Assembly: GCA_046563655.1 (NCBI GenBank) | Contig: CM102285.1 | Span: 2,480,001 to 2,544,000, forward strand | Origin: Yuukianura sp. NJ FZ-2021 | Lineage: Eukaryota | Length of the DNA stretch: 64,000 bases | Direction of reading: 5' to 3' | Part shown: positions 10,601-21,582 of the stretch, piece after piece | Layout: each line of letters starts with the position of its first letter | Position numbering within the stretch: position 1 is the stretch's first letter | Notes under the pieces: generated by a model | The model's input: only the letters and a program-made list of their open reading frames with translations | The model's database searches: none | What the model was told of the DNA's origin: nothing | Translations under genes and position numbers: made by a program

Positions 10601-13600
10601 GAATATCTCCGAGGCGGAAAATCTTACGTCGATCACCTAAAGTGTGAGAAAGAGGAAAGATGCCTGAAACTGGGAGAACGGGCATCGGAACTGGAGCAGG
10701 GGGCACAAAAACGGAATCGGGGTCTCTCGAACTGACATAGCTAGGGTTAGGATTAGGTAACGGATTTTGGATAGTATCAGGGATCACGGGCTCTGGAAGT
10801 TCTGGAATAATCGGGGGTGACGGAGTTTCAGCTGGAGGCGGCGATGGAGCGTGGTCGGTTTGGGTAGAACAAGACAACTTCGCTGGGGTTCCTGTGGATT
10901 GAGGAAAATCGGGAGCTACTGCTGGCAAACGACGAATGATTTCCTGCAGCATCTGCAGAATTCCGGAAAGAATCGGGGCTAGGGAATCTTCTAATCCACA
11001 GGAAGAACATGACTGGCTTCTGGATTCTGGAGGTGGAGCGTGGAATTGATTTGAATTAGGCGGAGAGTCGAATTGGAGAGACATCAATGGTACAGGCGTG
11101 ATTCCTTGCGTAGATCGGTGGCGATTTCTGTAGCGGGGGCAGGTTCTCTTGATATGGCCAGGGAATCTGCAAAAATTGCAAATGGGTCTTCCATCCGGGG
11201 TTCGTAGGTTATTCGGGGTCATCTTGGGTGAATTTACGTAGGCAGGCAGCTGATTCATCTCAGGAAATCAAATCGAATTAACTGAAACTCAAAAGAAAAG
11301 ATTTTAGCAAAAGAACCAATAATTGTGAAATCAGCTTTCCTAAATTTTGTATTTAATTAGGTTATTGTAGTATTGTCGTCTAAAAGGAGGAATTGGTAAA
11401 AGGAATTGAACGGTAGAAGTGGGGAGTACAAGGGAACAGGCGTTGCTGTAGTGCAACTGAGTTTTGCAATTTTGCAATTGCAATTGCAAAATTAGTGGTG
11501 TTTCGTGATGGTTGGAGGAGACGCTGCTAAAAAGAGGGGAAAAGAGGGAAAGAAGAGGGGAGATCCGCAGCTAGCGTGTATTCTGAAGGAGAGGGTGGAC
11601 TCCTTCAACCTCCTCACCACCTCTGAGCGTCCATGACGGCTTCCTTCCTTCCACGCGTCCAAGCCACCATCTTGAAATTTCCCTCTTTTGTGGCTAAAAA
11701 TCGATGATTTGAGGTCAAAATGGCCTCAAAACTGCCTAAAAATGGGGGAAACGGGATGGTGGGGCAAGGACAAATGAAAGGATGTTCGTAGGGACTCAAT
11801 AAACCACCATAATCCACCAAAACTAACTTGCTTTACCAGAAAAAAACGCTAAACTGCTCTACCAACTGAGCTCCACGCCACTGGCGTGACCTCTGACCTG
11901 CAAAAGTGGGATAAAACGGATAGGAAGGGGGGGGGGGGCAGCAATCGTACGAGGCGAATTACAGGCTACAATGCCTACATTTCAAAAATCAGATGATTTA
12001 CTTTACCGATATTCGCTGAACGGCGACGGTTACTGCTTGAATCCGGCAATGAAGGTCAGTGGAGAGGTCGTTGGCAGTTGCTTCCGGTCCCTTTGTTCGC
12101 GTCGAAGATCGTCCACCACTCTGAGAGCTAATGGAAAGCTCAAGGAAACAAAAGGCAGGAACAACTGATGAGATGATGCTAGGAACTGGAGTTGATACTC
12201 CGTTTATTTTAGATTTAGTTAAAGTTAAGTTTAAGTTAATTGACTAATTGAAATTTGAAAATGAGAGATGACGGAGATGAGATGCTGACTGGAGAGGGGG
12301 AGGGAGACGACTGAGTTGAAGTTGTGACGAGTGGAGACGGAGACTGACGAGACGGATCTTCTGGTTGACTTGAGGGTGGGTTGCACACGCTGTAACCCCT
12401 CAAACTGATTGGACCTTGGGATAAGACGCTCAATACTGGAAACTCTGGAGCCACAATACTTGCATTCACAAACATGACTGCCTTCAAATTTCCCAATTCA
12501 GACAATGTCCATTTAACCTGCAACGTTGAAGTGTGCCGCGGGGTTTGTGAGCAAGAGAGTTGCGGAGGATCAGGTCAAGGTCAAATTGATACTGCGATTC
12601 CGCCGGAGCAAGTCAACGACGTACTACCAGCAGGTCAGCCAATCAAGAGTGTTACACCATACCAAGGTCAACGGTACACCAAACCAGCACAAGCCCAGCG
12701 GCAAAGACCAGGGTCAACAGGTTCAAATGTCACACCGTTCCCAGATCAACGGTACACAGAACCCACGCAAACTCAAAGACCAGAATCTGTCAATCCAAAT
12801 GCTATAACCTATCAAGGTCAAAGGTACACACCGACACCACCGTCACAACCACAAAGCCCTGGATCAATTTCTCCAAATATTACACCGTACCCAGGTCAGC
12901 GGTACACGGAACCAGCTCAAACGCAGCCGCAAAGAACTGGGCCTGGAAACACCAATGTAACACCGTATCAGGGTCAAGGATACAAGTACCCCGCACCAGC
13001 TCAACCACAACGTCCTGGGTCAACAAGCAACAATGTCACACCGTATCCAGGTCAACGCTATACCCCTGACACTCAAAATCAAGGTCAACGCTATACCCCT
13101 GAAACCCAAAATCAAGGTCAACAATATACACCCTCATCACAACCTCAGAGACCCGCAACAGCTCCCGCTAGGCAGCCAATTACTGACATTCCGCGAGTAA
13201 CGTATGACCGCTTACCAACTTGCTACGACGGAAGTAACGACCCGAGGTAAATTTCTGACGATTTTTGATACAAAAACATTAAAACTTTACAAAAAAAATT
13301 GACACCATAGAAAAAAATTGAAACTACAAAACAATTTTTTTCGTATTAGCTGTCGCATCGGTTCAGCACAAAACCAGAGTGAAGAAACTCCAGACTTTGC
13401 AGGCGTCTGTCCACCAGGCAGCTTCAATCCAGAGTGTTTTCAGTATCCAAGTAGTTCTGAGCAACCTCAAGATTACACCGACACCGAACAACCAAAAAGC
13501 TCATCTCCGTCGGACGAATCGGAAAGTGACATAAAGGCAGCGGGAGTCGAATACACAACGCAGTCATATTTTGATAACACCCAAAGTACGCCTTCCTTAA

Positions 13601-15985
13601 TTCAATCACCGTCGTCGCCCAGAACTCCTTTGTGCTACCCTGGACAGCCCGACCCACGATGCCCTGGCAGCTATCAGCAGCGTCCCAGTGCACCAAGCAG
13701 TCGTCCTCAATTTAATACTTACCAACCAGAAACTACTACAAAAAAAATCCCATCACAGTCAACATATCCAAGCGGGCCAATCAGAACGCCAACAACTGTA
13801 AGACCGATTCTCTGCTACCCTGGTCAACCTGATCCACGGTGCGCAAAACCAGAAAATATAGCAAGCTCACCTGAGGAGGAGGAAGACGAAGTGCAAGCCG
13901 GCGGCTACACGTCGACGCAGCCACCATCTACAGGACGTGAACGACCCAGTGATGTCCAACTTCCAAGTTTTCCGCAACAAGCTTCATCCACACCGAAGTT
14001 CGGATGTTACCCGGGAACACGTGACCCGAGATGTCCAGAAAGCTATGTCACAACAAAACCAGAATCGGAAGAGGACAATGAAGCAGGCTACTATACCACA
14101 ACTCCAAAAATACCATACCAGACTACCCCAAGATTACCGTATCAATCATATACTACGACTCCAAAGTCACCGTACCAATCATATACTACGACAACGCGTA
14201 TTCCGACTCGCTACCCTGGACAATCCCAACACTATGAGCCATCCACTAATGGCAGATTCCCGCAATACCCGACAACCAAACAACCGTCGGTGTACCAAGC
14301 AACGACTCCAAAAAGCCGCGTTGAGACGACAACAAAGAAGGTTCTTTGTTACCCGGGACAACCAGATCCAAGATGCCCGGGTAGCTACCCCTCAAAACCC
14401 GGCACCTACACTCCACCAACTGCACAATACGACAACCCCACGCCAAGCACGGCTCTAAATCCATATACTCAAACTGCTCCGTCCAGAAAATTCAGTAGCC
14501 AGCAACCCTATGTCCAACCAACTACATTCAAACCAGCTTTGTGTTACCCAGGTGACCCGGATCCTCGTTGCAGAGATTATCCAACGACAACCAAAGATGA
14601 AACGGAAGATAATTTTGGTGACACCTACTTCACTACTACGCAAAAACCACAAGAACTAGCAAGTCCCACGCCATACCAAAGTCCTTCTCGAGTTACCCAA
14701 GGCTACTCGCCATATCGTCAGCCGACTACACGTGAACCTACCCCCTACCAAGAGACATCTACGCAAGGCACACGATTTCCACCAGCCATGCAGAAAAATG
14801 TTCTTTGTTACCCTGGACAACCAGATCCGCGTTGCCCGCCTACCGGACACCTAACAAGTCCGCCACGCCGTGACGAAGAGGATGTGGCACATCATGAATT
14901 TGAAAAGGCCATAGAAGCTGCTGGATATCAAGCACCGCAGAAGCAGCGAGGTCCAGAACAGTCCAGTATTGCTCCACCTCCGTCGGTATTTGAACTTCCA
15001 GTGACAGGCCAAGGACCTACTGGATACGGTACCAATCCAACTGGCTATGGACAACGCGAAAACCCGTACGAGCCGAAACGAAACGGTTATGAACCAAAAC
15101 AACGTGAGCAGAATCAGGCTGCTTACCAACCTAAACAAAACGGCTACCAGCCGAAACAAAACGGCTACGAACCGAAACAAAATGGCTACCAACAGAAACA
15201 AAACGGATACGAGCCGAAACAAAACGAACCAAGCCAAAGTCCTTATGGGCCGAGCGTTCACGATCCAAGCGACAACGAATTTCAGCCTGAACAAAACAAG
15301 TATCAGCCGAAACAGAATGGTTATGAACCAAACCAAAACGGATACGTACAGCCTGGACGGAAACCACAACCGCCTTCAAGCAAACAAACAACCCCTGCAT
15401 ACACACAGATTCAAACCGGTACTGCTCCAAAAACTAATGGGAACCTGCCGGGTAAGACCGGTACGAATTCTAAATCCAACGGAAATACTCAATCTCCGAA
15501 CCGGTACCAACCGAATCAAAATACCGGGAAACCGAATCATAGTCCTTTTCAACCAGAACAAAATGAATTCGACTCTAAACTTTACAACATCCAGCAAGAT
15601 CCTACTAAAGACAAAGGTTATGTTTACAAGCCACCCACCGGCAGACCATTTACATACGACTCAACTACCAAAACAACAAACAATGGTCCAAACAAACCGC
15701 CAGGGAGTTCGTACCAACCTCCTTCTACTGAAAACCTTCCGGCTTCCCCCGTCGTGTGTTACCCTGGACAGGTAAATTCCAAAATTTATGACGCAAAAAA
15801 AAATTCTGTTATGTAAATTGAAATTTATATAATTTTTTTTGTAGATTGACCCGCGGTGTCCAAAAGTGTGCTACGAAGGGTCAACAGATAGACGTTGTAC
15901 ACGAAAACGTGAGGTGCCAGCAAGTGAAAACCAAGTGATTTGCTTCTCGGATTCTACGGATCCACGATGTCCAAAATTTAATTAA
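7639..15985 (+). CDS. Secreted ZP-domain (cuticlin-like) protein with a long P/T/Q/Y-rich repeat region; interrupted by an LTR element in this allele
   Basis: Exons about 7639-7689, 7778-8010, 8131-8266, 8337-8513, 8586-8764, 8840-8851 + 12407-13246, 13350-15771, 15845-15985, all GT-AG and phase-compatible. Signal peptide MEFLFRISILSTIGVLLILGTFA. ZP motifs LEVQC, FSGVVYS, QEVWD..RKVSC, DCWMDIQ, VKDCWA, DGCP, AFKFPNSDNVHLTCNVEVC. Confidence 0.85.
8852..9126 (-). repeat. 3' LTR (275 bp)
   Basis: Direct repeat of 12122-12402; AATAAA on the minus strand at 8933-8938. Confidence 0.93.
9894..11258 (-). CDS. LTR-element ORF, 454 aa: CCHC zinc knuckle, Pro-rich linker, two copies of an unknown ~55-aa domain
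   Basis: CNFCRFPGHIKRTC (CX2CX4HX4C). Internal repeat IDPPLQKYF...LRLLDNFRDSLPSFLDWEALM...PCP versus LDPKLQVYF...LNLLNSFRRSLPSFSDWKSLM...PCP. Confidence 0.75.
   Translation of the reverse strand: MNQLPAYVNSPKMTPNNLRTPDGRPICNFCRFPGHIKRTCPRYRNRHRSTQGITPVPLMSLQFDSPPNSNQFHAPPPESRSQSCSSCGLEDSLAPILSGILQMLQEIIRRLPAVAPDFPQSTGTPAKLSCSTQTDHAPSPPPAETPSPPIIPELPEPVIPDTIQNPLPNPNPSYVSSRDPDSVFVPPAPVPMPVLPVSGIFPLSHTLGDRRKIFRLGDIPESWMRDKEWEIALVYHELDFYTPIFGSLLINDIDPPLQKYFLSHVDHGLQVLEKLRLLDNFRDSLPSFLDWEALMIQRGLPCPAQFSDPECPIPRDDAVVLSGLSCDKPNLVMEQVRLPVSPHFQSKPVQKLTPKKPSFTIGSNPTKFIQLAKKYLDLHFPAKVYPDRGQDIVDLLDPKLQVYFTLGCETEETVWYRLNLLNSFRRSLPSFSDWKSLMVTEEMPCPPPRPGFGM
12122..12402 (-). repeat. 5' LTR (281 bp)
   Basis: Direct repeat of 8852-9126; adjacent to the PBS-like sequence at about 12109-12118. 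Confidence 0.93.
15060..15345 (+). repeat. Coding 21-bp repeats (PKQNGYE/Q heptads) inside the ZP gene
   Basis: Repeated CCGAAACAAAACGGCTAC variants translating to YQPKQNG/YEPKQNG. Confidence 0.8.
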
Positions 15986-16624
15986 ATATTTCTGCAGCCT
16001 AAACCGTCTTTGTCACACTATTTTCTTTACTATGATTTTAAATACACACAATAAGATAAGATAATAACAATACATTTTAAATGCATACTAATTTTAATGG
16101 AATGATTTATTTACTTATGTAACGTACGTCGCGCTATTTGCAATATTGCATATTGTATATTACAACTTACAGTACTACATATTACAATATTGCATAACTT
16201 CGAAGTATATACGCTCCACTGCATTTTACAACTCGCAAGTTTAAGGTTAATTGTTTTACAAAATGTATTTAACAAATTTTCTTCTTTTGTTGTTTTTTTT
16301 TTAACAACTTGAAAGATTCAATTTTTATTAGTTAAACGTGCAAGTATATTACTTTCACCCGGCAAATCCTTTCAATTATACTACACTGAGAAGTACAGGA
16401 TTGTTTTTAGGATAACATATTAAACTGCAGTTTATCACAACTATATCGCAAGTAAGTACATTGTAGGTACGTATACGTACTGTAAGGATACCAGTTTACA
16501 TGCTTACAACTATTTTCCAGTCGTGTATCCGGTTTAATTTTATTGAATTATATATCGTACGCATGCATGCTGCCCAACCTTTACTTCTGCCACTGTAACT
16601 TTCGCTGCATCTTAAGTTATGCTA

Positions 16625-17680
16625 TTACAATGCTTGGTTTAGCGTGAGAATTAGCGAGATTGTGTAGTCGATAACGTTGTTGTTCATGTTCACTACAATT
16701 TCTTTATCAACTAAGTTTAGTGCACCACATCTAACACAGCATGGTCTCAGTGTTTTGATTTGCATAATACCGTTTCGATTGGCTTTTCTTTGCCGTTTCA
16801 ACTCAAAGATGTAATCGCATGACTCATAATATATCAAAGCACCGTATGTGCCATATACATTTACACTACAAAAAATCATTGAAGCAATGACAAAAAAGAT
16901 GAGGAACACAAAGTTGAAAGGCAGGCTCAAAAAACCAGCGTAACGTACTACAGTAAACAAACTGGAAACAGTTACAATAGATGCAAATGGTAAAACTACA
17001 AGGTCACTAAATACTAATGACACAATATAAACACCTTTGTAATGACTTGTTTTGTCTAAGGAAAGATTTCTTGTTGGCGAACAATGAGCCATGGGAATAC
17101 GTAACCAAATAAGTATAGCATTCAGTGTAGTGATGGCTACTACAAAATATTGCAAGTACTTGTGAAATATCAAGTAACACTGAACCCAAATGTAAATTAC
17201 TAATACAACTGCAGCAGATATTGCTAGGTAAGGTTCTAGTATGTTACACAAATCATGCTCACCAAATAAGCGGTTAAATATATGTTTAAAAAGTTGTACA
17301 AAATTTTGGCCAAAAACAAAAGGAAGTGCAACGCAAAAGCATATTATTGAGCACTTAAAACCCATACAGCATTTCTTCAGAGCTTCCAAGCTAAGTTGGT
17401 TTTCGCTGATATAGTACTGCGAACCTGTATTTAAAAAAATGGTTATGTAGAGGGCAATTTTTCAAGAAATAAGATCATAAAAATCAAAATTACCTTTTGC
17501 ATAAGTCAGTCCAGATATTAGTATGTTCATATGTTGTTGCAAGGTTTTCCGACGCCAAATTGTGTTTATATCCAGAACAATATTATGAAAAATGATGAAA
17601 TTTTTGCCCACGAATCCCAACGTAACGGCCAAGCTCAGATTTGCAAAATGATTCGTGTACGCAGCTTTTCACGGCATTTT
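16625..17680 (-). pseudogene. Family A chemoreceptor-like gene with a disrupted first exon
   Basis: Exon 2 (17424-16625) is open and ends LRPCCVRCGALNLVDKE...DYTISLIL; intron 17425-17493. The exon 1 remnant AYTNHFANL...HNIVLDINTIWRRK is preceded by an in-frame TGA and lacks the YQNPL.W segment of the paralogs. Confidence 0.65.
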
Positions 17681-19486
17681 CAAATTCCAATTCTACTTGC
17701 AAGTGTAGCGTTCAGTTATTCGGAATTTACAATATTTTTTTTATTTAAAAACTGACTTTGTTTAATTACTGTGAATTCCAATCAAAAACTTTTGTTTTTC
17801 AATACGTTTTGTCACGACGAAGATGAGCTACCAATGACAGAAGTAGTAGAAGCAAATCGATTAAGTATATTTGACTACGTGTAAATGAAAATTAGAAAAT
17901 GCTTTTTTAGAATTATTCATGGTATTGCCATCGCTGCTGGCTTTTTCCATAAAGAAAAAAAAACTGTGTTCCATTATGTTATGCTTTTTTCTTCGACAAG
18001 TATAAGTTTTTAACATTTTCATAATTGAAATAGGGGCCGAGCCAAGTTTTGAAAAACTCAAAAAAGTTAACTTCAAAATGAAAATGAAATTCAAAAATAA
18101 AAAGCTCGTGAAAAATTTCGGATGAGCCAGGTTTACTATGGATAAATTCTCACCTTGATTTGGGATCCAAGGTCAAAGACCATCGCTCAGTTTACGGCAT
18201 TACTGCAGCATTTTATAATAAGAGATTTTTAGATTTAGAGAAGAAATTTTTCAAAATTACCAATTGGTACTGACAGAGCGAGCAGTGGAATTTTTACAAT
18301 GATAATTTTAACAAATTACCTGAGACTATTCACATCGCAATAAAGTTTAACGTAAACGTTGAAAAAAATTAAATTCGGTATAAAATCTGAAAATTAATGG
18401 TTTACAAGTACCAGACAATAAAACTTTGTGAAGGTGAAAAATTGGCTTCAATGTTTTTAATTTAATTTAAGTTTTTAAATTACTAAATTATTGTGTCAAG
18501 GAAATTGAGTAGTTCAGGATATTAATACAATACAGTATCTATTTTGGAAAAGATTCTTTTACATGAGACTAATCCAATATCAACAAGTTTTGTGCATACT
18601 CCAGCGTAGTAGATTCTGATACGTGTCATACCCGTTTTAACACAGTGCAAAAAACATAACCGAAAATTGATTTTTACATTTTTAACCTTCCACTTCATTT
18701 TTTACATTGTGATTATTGGTCACATTTCAGCAATTATAATTTAACCACGTCATGGTAGATTTTCTAAACTGAATTTTTATTCTTCTTTAAATACAACTGT
18801 TATGAACCCGGTTTTTTAGACGCCATATTATTTGCAACATACTTGAACAACCTAGGTGATAAGCGGAAAACGTAAATAAATCGATTGAGCTGGTGGAAAG
18901 TTCTGAAGAAATGAAAACGCTGCAGAATTCATTTAAGTAATAATGTATAGGACATGACAACTTTCACTTAACATTTTAATCCACTTAAACTATTCTCGCT
19001 TGGCTGAACGCTACTTTCAACAAGATTTTCAAAATTAAAGCATTAAAGCAAATATTTGGAAATATTTAATGCGGTTTTAAGTAAAGAGCTTTGTAATCTT
19101 AAGTAAAACTTCAGAAAGAATAAACTTCTTGCAAAGACGATATAAGTAAGTATCGTCATATCAATTATACAGAATCGCCGTGCGGAACATTGTTGACCTT
19201 GACCTTTGATATTATTAGAGGTCACTTGTGGTCAAGCCGACGTACGGACAATACAATCTGTATAAGTATTTGACGATACTTAAATTCTCTTCAATGGTTC
19301 ATTATAGGGAAAGTCGAATGTTAGCAGCACATTTTCAGTTAACTTATGACGCCATGTCAAATGCTTGTTTTAAGAGTATGAGTTCACATGCGATTTCACT
19401 ACTCCAGTGCAACTATTTTTTCAATATTTTATTCAATTTTATTTTATTGAATTGTAAATTATTAACACACCTATAGAAGATTACAT

Positions 19487-20777
19487 CTAATAAAACCTAA
19501 ATGTGCGCAACATCAACACCAGTGAAATTGTATTGCTAATAATATATTGATTCATGTTAACCATAGTTTCCCGGTCAACAAATGTTAATGGCCCACCCCT
19601 GGGGTAACAAGGCATCAATGCTCTCGCACGCATTTTATTTTGCCTGGATACCACTAATTTTTTCAGCTCGGAAATGTAAATACAAGAATTCGTGTAAATG
19701 AGAACTGCGCTGTTAACGCATAAATTCAGGAAGGAAAGGAATGATGTGGCGCCGCTAAAGATAATAAGAAATACAAATGAGAATCCCAATATGAAGGAAA
19801 TGGAAAAGAGCACCACAGTTATTACAGTAAATACTACAACAAAAGATATATAGGGTAACACTGCAAAGTCAGTAAAGACTATAAACATAATATACGCGGT
19901 GATGTAACAAAATATTCTGGAACGTAATGGCTCTTGCCTTGATTTTTGTTTCGATGATACACAAAGCTCATAGAGCAAAACATCTTGGCTTATAATTGAA
20001 GCGATCATGTATTGAATGTACTTGTGAAATACTAGGTAAGAATGAACCCAAAATATAATAATCAAAATGAAAGTAACAAATATAGACGTGTACAATTTGA
20101 GACTTGGCGGACAGTACTTAATTATATCGAAATACAAGGAGAGCCGGCCTTCCCATAAGATTTTATCTAAAATAAAATTTGCCATTTTCACGATATCACC
20201 AAAGAAAGTAAAAGGCATAGCGAAAATAAAACAGCACGTCAACAACTTTTGCAAGATGTAAAAATTCTTTAGAGCTCGGAGGCCGATGTATTCGCCAGGT
20301 ATGTGCAAATGTGAATCTACGTAAATCAAATGTTTTTATTATTTGTATCAGTTCAAAATATACTGTCTGTGACATGGTTAATCAGTATTTACTTTTCTTT
20401 GAGCCCAAAACTAAAAGTAGTGAGTTCATCTGCTGCTGCCAGCATTTCTTTCTCCAAATAGCGTTGATGTCAAGGCTTACATTGTGACAGAAAAGTACAG
20501 CTGAGGCCAATAGTAATGTTGTCATAACTGGGCTGAGACGTGCTGCATAGTTCACATAAGCCAGACTAGTACAAACGATAATAAAAAAACAGTCAATTGC
20601 AAGTATGTAAAGCGATTTTTGGTTATAATATTCAGACTCGTCCAGAACAAAAATATTTTTGTTATCGTCCCAAATAAGTGGGTTTTGGTACGTGTCATGA
20701 GCTTGTCTAATGGACTGTTTTAATATATTTGCAATCTGAACCTTCCGGTTTGCTTTCGGTAAGTTTAGAACAGGCAT
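19487..20777 (-). CDS. Family A multi-pass membrane protein, GR-like chemoreceptor (exons 20777-20393, 20316-19487)
   Basis: Phase-1 GT-AG intron joins two open frames; several hydrophobic segments; TYQNPLIW, HNVSLD, and C-terminal GPLTFVD...NTISLVLML shared with paralogs. Confidence 0.7.
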
Positions 20778-21582
20778 TGTGTGTTAGTTAGTAACGCTAA
20801 CGAAGTTAGTTACGGATGGGTTCAACGTCGTTTTGGAAATAATGATTTTAAGCAACCGCAGGGCGAGTTTTTATGAAAATGTCTACCACAACACAGAATT
20901 CGAAAATAAAATTCAACTGCAGATGGAAATATTGCAAGTGAAATGATTTCGTTTCGACGAAGAAAAGCTCTCTCGGTAGCGGATTACCTGCGATTGGCTA
21001 AAATGATTTTTAGGTTTGGTTATGTTGGTAAATATTTCAAAAGTTCTTAAAACCCTCCACTTAATGCAGAGCTGCCCGCCTGCTGTAAGAAACTACTTCG
21101 TTTTTTGAACAGGAACAAAAACGATCTTGCATTATTTACGACATTATTTATTTTGCATTCTTTATTGCATTAAAACGACTCTTCAACAAGAAAGTGCCAT
21201 AAATTATAAACTTGCAAGGGATTGGGCTAGACCGAGGTTACAAATGTCTCGGATATTTTGAGCTCGTCCCGCGAAAATTGCCGTCAACGGACGGGCGGAC
21301 AGACAAACAAGGTGGATGCGTACAGTAGTATTCGATGGTACTTAACTTCAAACCCGTTGTTTTACTGTTTCGTAAAACCAGGAAAGAGGCAACGGTTTCA
21401 CTATTTTGTTAAAAATTACGTATTTTTGAGTTGAAAATGAGTCAGTAAATGACTTTGTCCTCTCACGACCATACTGCACGAAATGACGGATTCCAACGAA
21501 AAAATGTCAGAGGAATCACCGGAGTCAGAGGATTCGTTTACTCCTTTATTTGACAAAAGTCAGTAAGTGAAAGCAAGGAAGA

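Larger units (their letters stand above)
8852..12402 (-). mobile_element. Non-autonomous LTR retroelement (Gypsy-like 4-bp TSD), 3551 bp, no pol
   Basis: LTRs 8852-9126 and 12122-12402, each TG...CA. TSD AACT at 8848-8851 and 12403-12406. PBS-like TGGTGGACGA on the minus strand just inside the right LTR, and a G-rich tract beside the left LTR. Removing the element restores the host frame KMKLIGPWDKT. Confidence 0.93.

Noticed and set aside
14851-15775. Overlapping 172-aa minus-strand and 242-aa plus-strand ORFs
   Set aside because: Alternative frames kept open by the 21-bp coding repeats of the ZP gene.
21483-21562. Alternative first coding exon for the aminotransferase (ATG...GTAAGT)
   Set aside because: No clearly supported phase-compatible acceptor within the first exon; cannot be decided without transcripts.
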